Shown here in pieces: positions 10,044 through 22,630 of a stretch of 64,000 nucleotides of DNA (position 1 is the first letter of the stretch; every line of letters begins with the position of its first letter). This stretch comes from Eledone cirrhosa. Lineage: Eukaryota. The notes beneath the pieces are model-generated. The model ran no database searches and was not told the origin of the DNA. It saw only the letters and a list, made by a program, of their open reading frames with translations. The position numbers and the translations under genes are program-made. The stretch covers positions 318,556,001 through 318,620,000 of the forward strand of contig OZ024742.1 of the NCBI GenBank assembly GCA_964016885.1. The letters are read 5' to 3'.

Positions 10044-10491
10044 TATGGAACCCAGTCTGCAGCCAAAATTTCTGAAAATGACACAGATCTCTTAGTTCCT
10101 GTACCTTTAAAAGAACCACTCTTCCTCCAAGCTCCTCACATTACACAGATTAGAGACCTACATGCCACACTGACTGTGAGTAGTAATGTAGGCATATGTA
10201 AAGACGATAATACTGCATTGCAGTGTGATAATACGGTGTCAATCTTTGTGCCTCACTTAAACAGACTGGTTGATGTTACAGTGTCACCCGACAGCAAATA
10301 TTTGTATTTATTCCTTCCATCCACAAAAGAAGTGATTCGCATTGACCTGCCACCTGAAGTTGATAAAGATGAACTTCATATGCCAACAGAAAAAATTGAA
10401 TCCATACAAGACCGGATGTGGATGGAGCAAAAGGTCTATTTAGGGAAATTATCAACACAGTACATGCAACTTGCCAAAATTAGATTAACAG
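10044..10491 (+). CDS. COX10: Protoheme IX farnesyltransferase (COX10), N-terminal internal exon
   Basis: Acceptor tttctttctttta cag|TAT; open frame YGTQ...WMEQKVYLGKLSTQYMQLAKIRLT G|gtaact; L.KI.LT is the known entry into the COX10 UbiA domain; phase 1 matches the next exon. Confidence 0.85.
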
Positions 10492-10612
10492 GTAACTATC
10501 TACATATTAGTACACAATCTCATGCTTCTTGTTTTGTTTTGTTTTATGCATCATGTTGAAATGGAAGTTCTGTTAGATTACAATGTATTTTTCAAATCAA
10601 AATAGTGATTAT

Positions 10613-10810
10613 GGCGTGTGGCTGATTGGTTAGAGAACTGGATTCACAATCGTGAGGTTGTCAGTTCGATTCCTGGACCAGGCGATGCGTTATGTCCTTG
10701 AGCAAGACACTCTATTTCATGCTGCTCCTTCTACCTGGAGTTGTGACCGATAGATAATATTAGCAATTGGAAAGACCAATGGAAACATTGTTTCCTCGGT
10801 CTGATTTGAC
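10613..10810 (+). mobile_element. tRNA-derived SINE family B
   Basis: A-box-like tggctgattggttag, B-box gttcgattcc, then tgtccttgagcaagacact; further copies near 11903, 37062, 40325, 44370 and 56590. Confidence 0.7.
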
Positions 10811-11216
10811 AAAAGTCGATCAACAAATTTATTTAATTATTAATATATTTAATTCTCTATTGTTTTCGATAACCCTATGCCACCTTCAACAAGCATATAG
10901 AAACCATGTTTATATAATTCTTGAGGTTTTTATATGAAATAGAAAACTAATTCATTTTCAAACTCTTCTCTTGATGTTAATCTAAGTCCATCAAAATTAT
11001 TTTGTAAATTTCTAAATAAATGATAATCAGAAGGAGCAAGGTAAGGAGAATATGGTGGCTGAAACAATTGTTCACAGGTGTGTTCCTCTAGGAGGTTTTT
11101 GGTTATTCGTACAGTATGAGGACAAGCATTATTGTGACAGGGAATGACCCTTTTCTTGCTAAGGATGAGAATTTTTTGGCCTGAGCAAAGCTTAGCTATG
11201 AGAATTTGAATATTGT

Positions 11217-11432
11217 TTAACCCTTTAGCATTTACATTACTCTATATATATAGTTATATTTTCACGGTAAACACTTTACCTCACATAATATTGAATCTAT
11301 GAGATTTTGATATTATTTATTTTGAGAACAGTACCTTAACATCTGTATGAGTGGCTAGTTACGGTCAGTTTGAATAGAAAGAGATGAGAGAATTCTGGCC
11401 AGATACAATTGGTTTAGATACTAAAGTGTTAA
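11217..11432 (+). mobile_element. piggyBac-like MITE family 1 (TTAA|CCCTTTAGCATTTA ... TAAATGCTAAAGGG|TTAA)
   Basis: ~210 bp with TIRs and TTAA flanks; other copies 31043-31267, 38022-38221(-), 52962-53169(-), 54349-54553. Confidence 0.8.
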
Positions 11433-13519
11433 AAATTCATAATGAATTGTTCTTTGTATATCCCACCACACACTTAACAGGATCTTCCTTGGGTGCTAGT
11501 CTATCACCATGACTAAGCCACTGACAGCAGTGCTTAACATTGCCATAAAGAATCCATTTATCATCCCCATTAATGGCTCTGTAAAAAAAAGAAAACAATT
11601 GAAGGCATCATGTATGTAGTGCCTCGCTGTAATCAATACATTGGTGACTCTACAGATAAGATGTTGAACGCATTTTCCAAGCCTTTTCAATTCATATGCT
11701 AGCATGGAAGATAGATGTTAAACAATGATGTTGAGGAGGATGATGATGATAGAACTGTTGTGTGGCTAACATTGGTCCACTGTCTCCTAGCTCTGATAGG
11801 ATTTGCTGCAACAACTTCCAGTGCTTCTAAATCAAGTGCATTTGGGGCCAAGGTGAAAGTATTTTCATGAATAATGAGAAGAGGTGTATTACTAAATTGT
11901 GAAGGCGCATGGCTTAATGGTTAAAGAATTGGATTCACAATTGTGAGGTTGTGTCTTTGAGCAAGACACTTTATTTCACATTGCTCCTTCTATCAAGAGT
12001 TGCAATTGGAAAAAACCAATGGAAACATTTTTTCCTTGGTCCAATCTGATGAGTTGCACTCCACTTGGTAAGCAAATGAGGTCTGGGATCTTGTTATTCG
12101 TTCCTGGATATTACTAACAGTGGCATGACTAAACACCAGTCTAAAATAGAACTTTAATAAATCTTGTTCAACATTTTCAACTTGAAAATCAGACAGTACT
12201 TTTATTCCTGATACATTTTTCACTGTTCACATCTATGGTGTAGTTTATGTTAATTTCAATATATGTGTATTGTTTGAGCAATTATTATTATTACATCTTG
12301 CTAAGGACAATGGATTGACAGTATTGGTAGTGTCTGACAACATGCTTTGAGGCATATAGTTACAGCTCTTTACGTTGAGTTCAAGTCATACTGAGGTTAA
12401 CTGTGCCTTTGATCCTTACAAGGTTGATAATATAAAGCAACAGTAATGCATTGTTGACCGTGTGCCTAAATCAGAAACAATTATTATATCTTGCTAATAT
12501 TAACATATTTAATACTTCTATCATACAAACCCACTTGTTATAAAATTCTTTTGCTGGTTTCAGTCCTTGGACTGTGGCTATGGTGGAACATCACCTAGAA
12601 GGGTTTAATCAATCATATTGACCCCAGTACTTATTTTTAAGTCAGGAATTTATTTTAAGAATCTCTATTTGTTGAACCACTAAGATGGAGGACATAAACA
12701 AACACTGAACCCATGCTAGCATGGAAAATGAACTTTAAACGATAATGATGATGACATCCATATATGTGTGTAATATGCTCCTGCACAGTTTTCATGCATT
12801 AATTTCATTCACAGCACTGATTCTATAGTGGAAGACAGTTGCTGCTCATAGTACCACACAGTGGGATTGAACCTGAAGGTATATGACTGCAAAGTTAATT
12901 TCTTAAACAGATAGTCATGCCTGTGCTTGTGTGTATTATCATCATCATCATCATTTGATGTCTGTTTTCCTTGGTGTCATGGGTTGGACATCATCAAGAA
13001 ACTATACAAGTTAGATGGCCAAATCTTGCTCATACTTTCCATTTTAGCATGGGTTCTACAGCTGGATATCCTTCTGAACTGGGTGCATGTTATCATGGCA
13101 CTAACACTACCATGTGTATGAATATATGTACATGTATCTGTATTAATCTATGTGAATGAGTGCTTGCATGTTTTTATTTTTTGTGTGTGTGTGGTTTACT
13201 CTGTTGAAATATTCCCTATTTGTGTTATGAAGTTCAAATTTGTTATCTAATATAAACTATGTAATATGACATCTGTCACTCTTATATCAGTAATTGGTAC
13301 TGGCTGGTTGTTGTTATGCTGGGAACATTAGGGGTATGATTTTAAAGGACATATTTGATTTTTACTTTGTTTTGTGCAGTATGTGTCTAGTGAGTGGTGT
13401 TGATTGTAGGTTTAGAGATTGTGTTTGCTTGGATATGTGGATAGCATTGGTTTGGTGTAAATTTTTTTTATGTTAAAGTTACAGCAGTTAACAGTCATAG
13501 TTGTGTGTGTGTGTGTGTG

Positions 13520-13680
13520 TACAATGGGTTTCTGCTCATTTTTTGTCTATCAAGTTTTACTTACAAGGCATTGTTCAACCTAAGACTACAGTAGAAGACA
13601 CTTGCTCGAGGTGCTGCACTGTGAGATCAAGCCAGAACTATGTGGTTGTGAAGTAAACTTCTTAAACACACAGCCATGTC
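13520..13680 (-). mobile_element. tRNA-derived SINE family C
   Basis: catggctgtgtg.ttaagaagttt.ctt..caaccaca...gcacct.g.gcaagtgtcttctact; other copies near 12780(-), 17175, 18455(-), 48230, 50915 and 51713. Confidence 0.7.
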
Positions 13681-13867
13681 TTGCTTGAAAGTAATTTTGA
13701 TGGTTATAATCATTTAAGAAGACTGTAGGAATAGTTGTAGGCTTCTGAGCTTCACCAAAATGGAAGAATTTGTCAAATTATGTTTGCATCAGAACAACAT
13801 TCTACATTGATGGAATAAAAGATGTTTTGCTTTTAGTTTTCTTATTATTTATTTATTTGTGTTTCAG

Positions 13868-13992
13868 GTTTGGTAGTGATTTCTGCAATGGCAGGATATG
13901 CTCTTTCACCTGCTGCTTTTCATTTAGACACATTCCTTCTTTGTACTCTTGGAACTGGTCTCATGTCTGCATCAGCTAATGCTATAAACCAG
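13868..13992 (+). CDS. COX10: COX10 exon (125 nt)
   Basis: tttcag|GT TTG...; (G)[41 protein letters not shown]|gtaggt; not in the ORF track in this frame. Confidence 0.95.
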
Positions 13993-14019
13993 GTAGGTGT
14001 ATTTTAAAATTTTATTTTT

Positions 14020-15021
14020 ATCATCATTATCAATGGAAGAACTAAAGAATAAATTCCAGCCATGGAAACAGAACTTAGAATCAAAAGCGCTGAGAGTAAA
14101 TTTAGCAAAAACCAAAAGGTTAATAAGTAGGAAAGAAAATAGGGCCCTGATCCCATTGGAGAAGTGGTCTTGTTCGATATATAGAAAAGAAGTAAATTCT
14201 ATATGATGAACACAATGCAAATCTTGGGTACACAAGAGGCGTAGTGGGATAATAGGCAGACTAACAGGAAAGGAAGACTTTATACATAATAGATGTTTAT
14301 CGTCAATTAGTAGTATGAGTGCCAATGATATAAACCTTTTCCAATCCCAGGAAGGATCCATAGAAGTGGTGGATAGTCTCTGCTACCTAGGTGATATAAT
14401 TAGCAGTAGAGTAGGGTGTTCCTGGAACATAGTACTTTGAATAAGGACAGGGTGGAAGAAGGATGACAACTTGGCTGTATGATGCCTCTGTATGAAGTGT
14501 GGTGCTGCACAGTAGTGAAACTTGGACAGTAAACCCAGAGGAGATGCAAAGGCTGGAGAGAAATGAAGCAAGTATGCTTTGATGGATGTGCGTGAATGAC
14601 AAAGCATGGCTGAGAATGAAACTGGGTATAAGGGGAATCAGGTGTAATGTGCAGGAGAGGAAACTGCATTGGATGTGAAGAAGTGCCAAAAAAATCTCAA
14701 TGGAAGGAAGCTGCAGTAAAGGCTTGAATCCCGGCAACAAGTTATAATAATGATAATGAAAATTATTGTGTACAGTGCTCAGGTGCACTATAACTCATCA
14801 AAGGTGCATGTATAGAACATAGCATAATGTGCAAATGTCATGAAGGTGAACTGTGTATGAGTCATGATATACACACAGACACCTACACATGCGTGCGTGT
14901 GTATGGAGGGGGAATATCAGGTGTAGTGTTGGCGAATTTCAGTAGAGAGATCCCATGCTGAAAAAGACCCATCACATGCAAGCGTAGAACAGTAGACATA
15001 AACTGATGATGATAGTGATGA
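14020..15021 (+). mobile_element. Degraded RTE 3' part in a COX10 intron, interrupted by a CR1 3'-end fragment (14744-14942, -)
   Basis: LESKALRVNLAKTK, YLG and SETW remnants; RTE tail resumes at ~14945 and ends tgatgatgatagtgatgat. Confidence 0.8.
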
Positions 15022-15972
15022 TCAGTTTTGTGTGTTTTCTGTGTTAACATTAGGTTGGATGAAACTTTAACCAGACATGTCTAACCATTATGCTGTGAGA
15101 TCATTGTTTATATAACTAAATAGTTGGAGAGAAATACACTAATTTCTCTCTTCTTCACTCTTAGAGGAAGGGCAAGAGGATAATGTTTGATACTTTATTC
15201 ATCACAATAATTGAACTTATCAAACTCTACTGTTGAATACTAACATAAACCTTTATCAATTACCTCAGATTCTTGACTGTATCCAACCTTGGGTTTGATT
15301 TAACTAATTCATTCTGAATATCTCTTCACTACCTTTTACTCCAGTAACCCTCTACTGTCAACAGTTAGAAATTTCTTTTTTAATTATCAAACATACATCT
15401 TGCATGTGTCCACAACATTGCAATCATCTTTTTTACATATATATATATATAAGATATTTATAACCTGTTATATATATGTGTGTGTGTGTGTATCATCATC
15501 ATCGTTTAACGTCCATCTTCCATGCAAGCATGGGTAGGATGGTATGTCCCTTTGTGAGGGATCAGGTTGGGGGACCGTGATTCGCTCACACACAACTTAT
15601 TTTGGCTTGGTTTCTACGGCTGGATGCCCTTCCTAATGTATATATATATATTTCATCATCATCATCACCATTCAACACCTATTTTTCATGCTTCTATGAG
15701 TTAGATGGGTTGTCACACTTTGAGATAGTCAAGTTAGGGTGACCGTGTCTTGCTCATACAGATCAGTTTCTGGCTTGGTTTCTATGGCTAGATGCCCTCC
15801 CTAATGGCAACCATATTACAACATGGACTGAGCACTTTTTATTGTGGCACCAAAATAACTGACAGGGTGAACTGACTGCTTTTTAATTGTGGTAGTAGCA
15901 TGATCATCTATGGATGCTTTTTTTTGTCTCTTTTACTGTAAATTAATATTTAATTGTATTTATATATTTCAG

Positions 15973-16043
15973 TTCTTTGAAGTGCCATTTGATGCTCAGA
16001 TGAACAGAACTAGGAATCGTGTATTGGTACGAGGTTACCTTAG
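15973..16043 (+). CDS. COX10: COX10 exon (71 nt)
   Basis: tttcag|FFEVPFDAQMNRTRNRVLVRGYL AG|gtaagg; contains the UbiA/COX10 D..M.RT..R motif. Confidence 0.95.
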
Positions 16044-16500
16044 GTAAGGCAAATTGTCTTATAAATATATTATAGATTATTTATTTCTCTGATTAAACAA
16101 TATAGTTGAAGTGTTTTTTATTCTTTTTACCTTTATCTCTCTACACAGTGTGTTTTAGGGCCATTCTCTTGAATTCTTGTGTTTTCCTTCTTTCAGTAGT
16201 GTAATATTTATCAATAAGTATTATCAGTGTATACTAGATCACTATTAAAGAAAATGATTTGGGTTATAAATAATCTAATTAAACTGTTTGCATCTAGTTT
16301 AGAATATCCCTGCACATTGTATGTGACAACTAAAAGTGTTGGCTTTAATAAGGGCATCCACCTGTAATCTATCACCTAAAAAATAACCCTGTGCTGAGTT
16401 TGAAACCTATAATGGGCCCCCACAAAGTTATTCCCTGCTTTGGTGGGTAAAATCACCTTAAAAGGCTTGTTGTAAAGTAATTCTCTTTCTCTATTTTCAG

Positions 16501-16733
16501 TCCTCTCCATGCAGTATTATTTGCTACAGCAACAGGTTTAACAGGAATGGTAATTCTTGGTTCAGGAGTCAATTCTTTGACAGCCTATCTTGGTTTAATC
16601 AACCTTGGCTTATACACATTAGTCTACACACCAATGAAACGAACAAGCATAGCAAATACCTGGGTTGGTTCTCTTGTTGGAGCCATACCACCTATGATGG
16701 GCTGGGCAGCCTGTACAGGTGACTTGTCTATAG
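16501..16733 (+). CDS. COX10: COX10 exon (233 nt)
   Basis: ttttcag|T PLHAVLFA...[42 protein letters not shown]|gtaaat. Confidence 0.96.
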
Positions 16734-17444
16734 GTAAATCTTGATATTTTTTTACAATTCATATATTTCTTTGTGTTCACATTTTTTTCCTCTTTTCTCG
16801 TTTTATTTCTCTCCCTCCTTTTTAATCCTGTTCCCTTCTCTCTATCTCTTCCTCTCTTTATTCTATCATTTCTCTCTTACTCCTTCTTCATTTTTTAAAT
16901 TCTTTTCTTCGTCTCTCTCTCTCTCTCTCTAAATATTTGTTTTCTTCTTTTCTACTATAATTCTGCAATCTAAGTCACAGAAAAGAAAACACTGTAACCT
17001 GAAAAAAAAGATCCTTCCTACTTTGAGCCATCACATGAAACCAAGTTCATTTTCCTACCACAATGCACTGCACAGACTGTTTTGTATTGAAAGATTAAGA
17101 AAGACTTATCCAGTGTAACCTTTATTTTTTATCTTATACATATAATGATGATGAGTAGCTTGGTAACTTTAAGCAGGCATGGCTGTATGGTTAAAAAGTT
17201 CACTTTGTAACTATGTGGTTGTAAGCTCAATTCTATCCCACTGCACAGCTCTTTAGACAAGTATCTTTTATCATAGCTTCCTGTACTGAACTATAGTTAT
17301 CATTGCTACTTATAGGAGCTATTTAATTAACTAGTTAGTGATAGCATATGAATTAATGTATTATAGTCCAACATACTTTTACCTGGGTTAATGTCACTTT
17401 AAAGTTCAAATAACATAAAGTAACTTATTTTATTTTCTGTTAGT

Positions 17445-17695
17445 TAAACCCTTTGATATTAAAGCATCTGAAACCACTCCTGGTTTTACAAATCAAAGCT
17501 ATTTATTTTAAAGTGTATATATTTATCTAAAACCTTTTCACCATAATTTTATGTGAGAACCTTTGTTCAGCTATGCTCCAAACACCAGCTTAGTAATGAG
17601 AAAGACAGTTATATTACTGTATTTTGAATGTTTAAAAAATAATTTGGAAATTATAAGCAATGTTTTTCATTAGAAATATGGTAAAAAAATGTTTA
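17445..17695 (+). mobile_element. piggyBac-like MITE family 2 (TTAA|CCCTTTTGATACCAAA ... TAACAAAAGGG|TTAA consensus)
   Basis: Related copies near 9740-9967, 19138-19470, 20655-20880, 39115-39364, 39565-39800, 43942-44166, 45755-46010, 50313-50560, 51470-51713 and 54592-54759. Confidence 0.7.
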
Positions 17696-17722
17696 AACAC
17701 ACTTTCTTTTGTATTTTCCCAG

Positions 17723-18177
17723 GTGCCTGGTTACTCGGTGCAATCATGTATGCTTGGCAGTTTCCTCACTTCAATGCTCTCAGCTGGAACCTTCGTGCAG
17801 ACTATTCACGTGGTGGCTATTGTATGTCATCTGTAATGAACCCCAGCCTATGCCGACGAGTTGCCTTTCGTTACTGTGTAGCAACAACGGTCTTCAGCAT
17901 TTTGGCACCATTTGCAGGACTGACCACTTGGATGTTTGTCGTTGATTCTCTGCCCTTGAATCTATATCTCACCTACCTAGGCTGGAGATTCTATAAAGAA
18001 GGTGATAGCAAAAGCTCTCGGAATCTTTTCCGTTTCACTCTACTACACCTGCCCGTCTTATTCACATTGATGTTATTAAGCAAAAAACCAAGTCGACCAA
18101 AAACTGATGAAATCACTCTTAGTTCTATCATTTCAGATGTGACTGATGTATGCAACTCAGATGCTTTGTACCTATAA
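17723..18177 (+). CDS. COX10: COX10 last coding exon
   Basis: ttttcccag|GT GCC; [25 protein letters not shown] (catalytic His motif), [14 protein letters not shown]; stop TAA at 18175-18177. Confidence 0.96.
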
Positions 18178-19869
18178 TGTTACTTGAACCCTTAGGTCTA
18201 ATTAAATTTCGTAATTAATATTAAAATAGCTTTTTTTTTTTTTCATTTACCTGAGATATTTATGATATTATTATATTTATTTTGTTTTAGAAATTGTGTA
18301 AATATCTTTTCACGGTTGGATGTTTATAAAAACACAAATGCTGGAAGTAGAGCGGATCAGAGTGTAAGTACAATTAGAAAAGGTACTGAGTTAACAAAAG
18401 CAACAGAATTTCAGGGGGAGGCAGTTGTGTGACTCAATCAGCAGAGAAAGAGCATTCCCTTCCAATGAGCTTCCACAGAGTTTCTGTCTTCCAAATTTCA
18501 CCCTTGAGGCTTTGATCAATTTGAGGTTATGGTACATTTCTCTAAGGTGCAATTTTGTGGGATTGAACCCAAAACAATGTGATTGCCAAACAAACTTTTT
18601 AACCAGGCAGCTATGTCACCACTCAATTTTGACATGTTCTTAGTTCAAACCAAATTAAAGTCAACTAAAATAAACCTCAGTATAATATCCTGATAGGTTT
18701 GGCTCTTATTAGTTGTTATATGGCAATAGAGAAAATGGAAGACCAAGAAAGAAATGACTAAAGATGGTGGAGGGGGAAATGAAAGCCTAAGGCAAAATAA
18801 AGAAGCTTGTTACGGGGACCACAAAATTAATGCCTATGTCATTAGCTGTCATATGAGAGAAACCTAACTCAGACTTTAGCCCTAAGTATCTTTGTAAACC
18901 AGATCAGATGAATAGATTCTTCTCATCTTTTGTTGGAAAAATCCTTTAAAGTCATTTATGAAACTATATTTATTACCTTCTGGCTGTTGAAGGGCACCGA
19001 CAGAGGTTTCCAATGTTTATTGAAGTGATTTCTCATCTTTCTTTTTTTTTTTTACTTGCTTTGTCCAAAGGAAAGGAAATGCTCATGGCATTCACAGGTC
19101 GTCTGAGACAAGTGGATGGTTGGTGCTGTTAACCTAGTTAACACTTTTGATACCAAACCACCTAAAACTGCCCCTGGTTCTAAAGCAGGCATGTGCAATT
19201 TTTTTTTAGCAGTCATCCACATAGGATATGGTTCATAAGACGAGCCACACTACTAAAAGATTCAAGGCAATTTTAAAATTAGACATGCCATTCAGAAAGG
19301 CAAACAGCCTGCACACTTTCCTTCATAATTTTATATAAGGAACTTTGTTAAATTATGTTCCAAACACAAGTTTAATAATGAGAAAATTGATATTGCTACA
19401 TGTTTACAAATTTTTACTTATTTAAAAATCATGGGCAGTGTCTTTTGTTGGAAACATGGTAAAGAAAGGGTGTATTCGGTCAACCATTATATATATATTT
19501 TGTGTGTATGTGTATATATATATATATTATATATAATCAAAGAACAGTCCATTATTTTTACAAAACGGTGAATTAAATCAACCCACTACATGACTGGTAC
19601 TTATTTTATTAGATGGTTGACCATTACAGGATTTGAACACAACATAACTAAATACAGCAAGGCATTTAATTCTGCATTCTATTTATGACTATATTGTTAA
19701 AGTCATATGGTTGTATTTCACAGTAAGGCATAGAAGAGAAATAGTAATCAAATTTCCCTCAAATTACACATTTTGGGTGATTTAAGTTGGACACATCACA
19801 TATCCTGTTAATTATAAGGTTTGTGCAACAGTTCCATCATTGTCTTTCAAATCTATTATCTGGGGTCAC

Positions 19870-20460
19870 TTCTCAGGAATACTGTGGCCATTAGGATTAA
19901 CACATTCATCTATTCTTAAAGTGCAAACAGCATTAAGAAAATTTATATGGGATTCTCAGCAAGTCTGGAAGACAACAGTATCAGTTGATGAATTGTAAAA
20001 AGTTGATTGTGAAAGATTCAGTTTCTGTACTGGCAGCATCAGTATAGGCCAAGAAAAGTTATGAACATTAAAGTCTCTAATGGTGAAAACTTTGAAGAGA
20101 GATGAGATGGGGTTTTTGTTCTTGATGCAAGAAAAGATATGATCAGAGTTGTTGGTAGTTGGAGTTTAAGGACAGTAAAGGGAGCTGATGAATTAAGTGG
20201 AGAGGAGAAGGGGATTTGAGCCAGAGTAACTAAGTCCTTGTTGCTGATATCTAGTTGAGAGGAGTAAAATCATATGCCGACAGAACCTTTCAGAGTGAAG
20301 TTTCAGCATAGAATATTGTCTGGGCAGCAAAGATGAACTACAGATAAGGAGTGAGTAATTTGTGTCCTGAAGAGAAACAAGATAAGCTATTTGTGTATTT
20401 AATAGGTGATGAGTGGAGTCTAAATTGGATCAAAGTCCATGAATGTTAGAAGAGGAAGAA
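19870..20460 (-). mobile_element. Highly degraded CR1/Jockey-type LINE endonuclease relic
   Basis: Minus-strand remnants SNIHGL*SNLDS (APE N-terminus) and IRDFNVHNFSW (GDFN motif); many stops. Confidence 0.5.
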
Positions 20461-21916
20461 TTGTCCAATGTGTTTAGCACTAATCAACAAACATTTATTG
20501 AAGTAACCTCTAATGAGCTTGGTTTGAAATTATGCAAAGAGGTTGTATTACACTAGCAGGTATAACGTGCATACCACCCACTAAAAACATAAGGGATCTG
20601 TTATGTGTTCACTTAGAAAAAAATATCAGGAAAGCCATGGCTGGAATGCTTTTAGCATTTTGATACCAAACCACCTGATTTATGGATATAAAACTTTGTT
20701 TTAAAGTTTATATTTATCTAAAAACCTCCCATTATAATTTCATGTAAGAACCTTTGTTATGTTATGCTCCAAATGACAACTTAATAACAAGAAAGTTAAT
20801 TATATTACTAAATCCCTGTAAAAATTATTTGAAAATCATGGGCAGTGTGTTTCATTAGAAATTTGATAACAAAAGGGTAAATTAATCCTGGTTGGATGGG
20901 GCCAAATAACAGTACTTTTGCCCCAGTTTGCCTGGCTAACTGACAATAAACAGTTTCCATAGCTACTTCTTCCTTGAGTACTTAGTAGTAGGGAAGGAAA
21001 TTCAGCTGTAAAATAATCATGCTTTAAAAAAGAACCATCTTATCCATGCAGCAGCAATGTAAAATAGTAAAAGAAAAAAAATAAGGTTTTCAACAAATTT
21101 GACATTAAAAAATATTTTATTTCTTTATTATCTTCAGTTATGATGGAAATAAAGCAGTTAATTTGAAGGTGAAGTTTACAAGAATTAATTGATGGAGACA
21201 ACAGTCGAGTCAATCACATATTATGAAACGAGATGAATATAAAAACGGAATAGTGATGGTTATGGAAAGGATGTTACCATCCAGTAATGTTAATAAAAGT
21301 CTCATATTTTCAACAATGAGTGTTCCAGTTGTTCAGTCAATAGAACTACCTGCTCATGAAATTAACATATATGTATGTGTGTATGTAAATCCTGAGCTCC
21401 TCATAAGAATTGTCATTTAGCTCCAACTTTCATGTCATTCAGCACAAAGATGAATATCCTATAAAAGACCAATGAGGGATCCTCTAAATGGTTGCTTGGA
21501 CTGCTAAATTTCTCTTAAATCATACCTTTTTTAGGGGGGGGGGGGGTATTCGTTAATGTAATTTGAGATAAACTATGTCTGATTGCCATAGCTCTAATGC
21601 CTTTATTCATAGGTAATATTCTTCAAAGACCTACTCCTGAATTAAAGTATGTCAACTTAAGTTTTCTGCCCAAATATATAATATGTCTGCAGAAGATTTT
21701 AACTTACAATCCATGAGCTAGTTACCCGGTTAGCTGATTTTTCTTTCACTACACACACACACACACATATACAATTGTGTTGATATTCTTTTAGCTTTGT
21801 ACCACGAGGAAGAACACTAAATTATTCTTACATAATTCTGCACCCATATATAAAATGTGATTATATATGCATACATATAAATATATATAAGTACAGGGTT
21901 GATATAAAAATACCTT

Positions 21917-22135
21917 AATATACATGGAACAAACTACCTGCATCAGTTATTAGCTGTCGAGACACTGCATCCTTTAAGGCCTCCATGCTTCCCGAGATCC
22001 GCCAACACTACAGCTAACACATACAAACATGTACTTCCCTGACATTTGTGTATTATTCTATGTACTATATTGACGAGTTGTAGTGCACCTGAGCACTTTA
22101 CACAATAATTTCATTATTATTATTATTATTATTAT
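21917..22135 (+). mobile_element. CR1-group LINE 3' end
   Basis: TWNKLPASVISCRDTASFKASMLPEIRQHYS* followed by 3' UTR and (ATT)n. Confidence 0.75.
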
Positions 22136-22630
22136 CTCTAACAGTATATATATTTGACCAAAGGCACTGAATTTTTTTCTTCACTTAAATGATGGTTAGT
22201 TTTTATCATAAAAATGATTTTCTGTTTGTGCAATTTGAACAAGTACTTTTTCTTTGTCTCCTCTGTATTTTGAAATTCAAGATTACATATTGAGTGCAAG
22301 GTAAGTGCGTTCTTACACAACGTCCTGGTATTCATATTTGTTTTCATTTGGCCGATGAAATCAGACCGTGTAAAATAAAAATCAAATTCTATAACTGGGA
22401 TGTTTTGAGGAAATGATCGTTTGGCTATACAACAGAATTAAATGGTATTTTAGCTGGAATAATTTAAATGATAAATTAATAGATAAGCAATCTAGTGTTC
22501 TTATTTATTGACAAAAAAAAATTAATTTATCCGTAATAAGAAGACTGGTTGATTGGATTGCTTTTACATAAATATGTATTCTTCCATATATTGATATCGT
22601 AATGAAAATACCGTTGAGCCAAAGATTAAA

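Noticed and set aside
10613-10690. tRNA-like sequences with A and B boxes
   Set aside because: Heads of dispersed SINEs; no complete cloverleaf.
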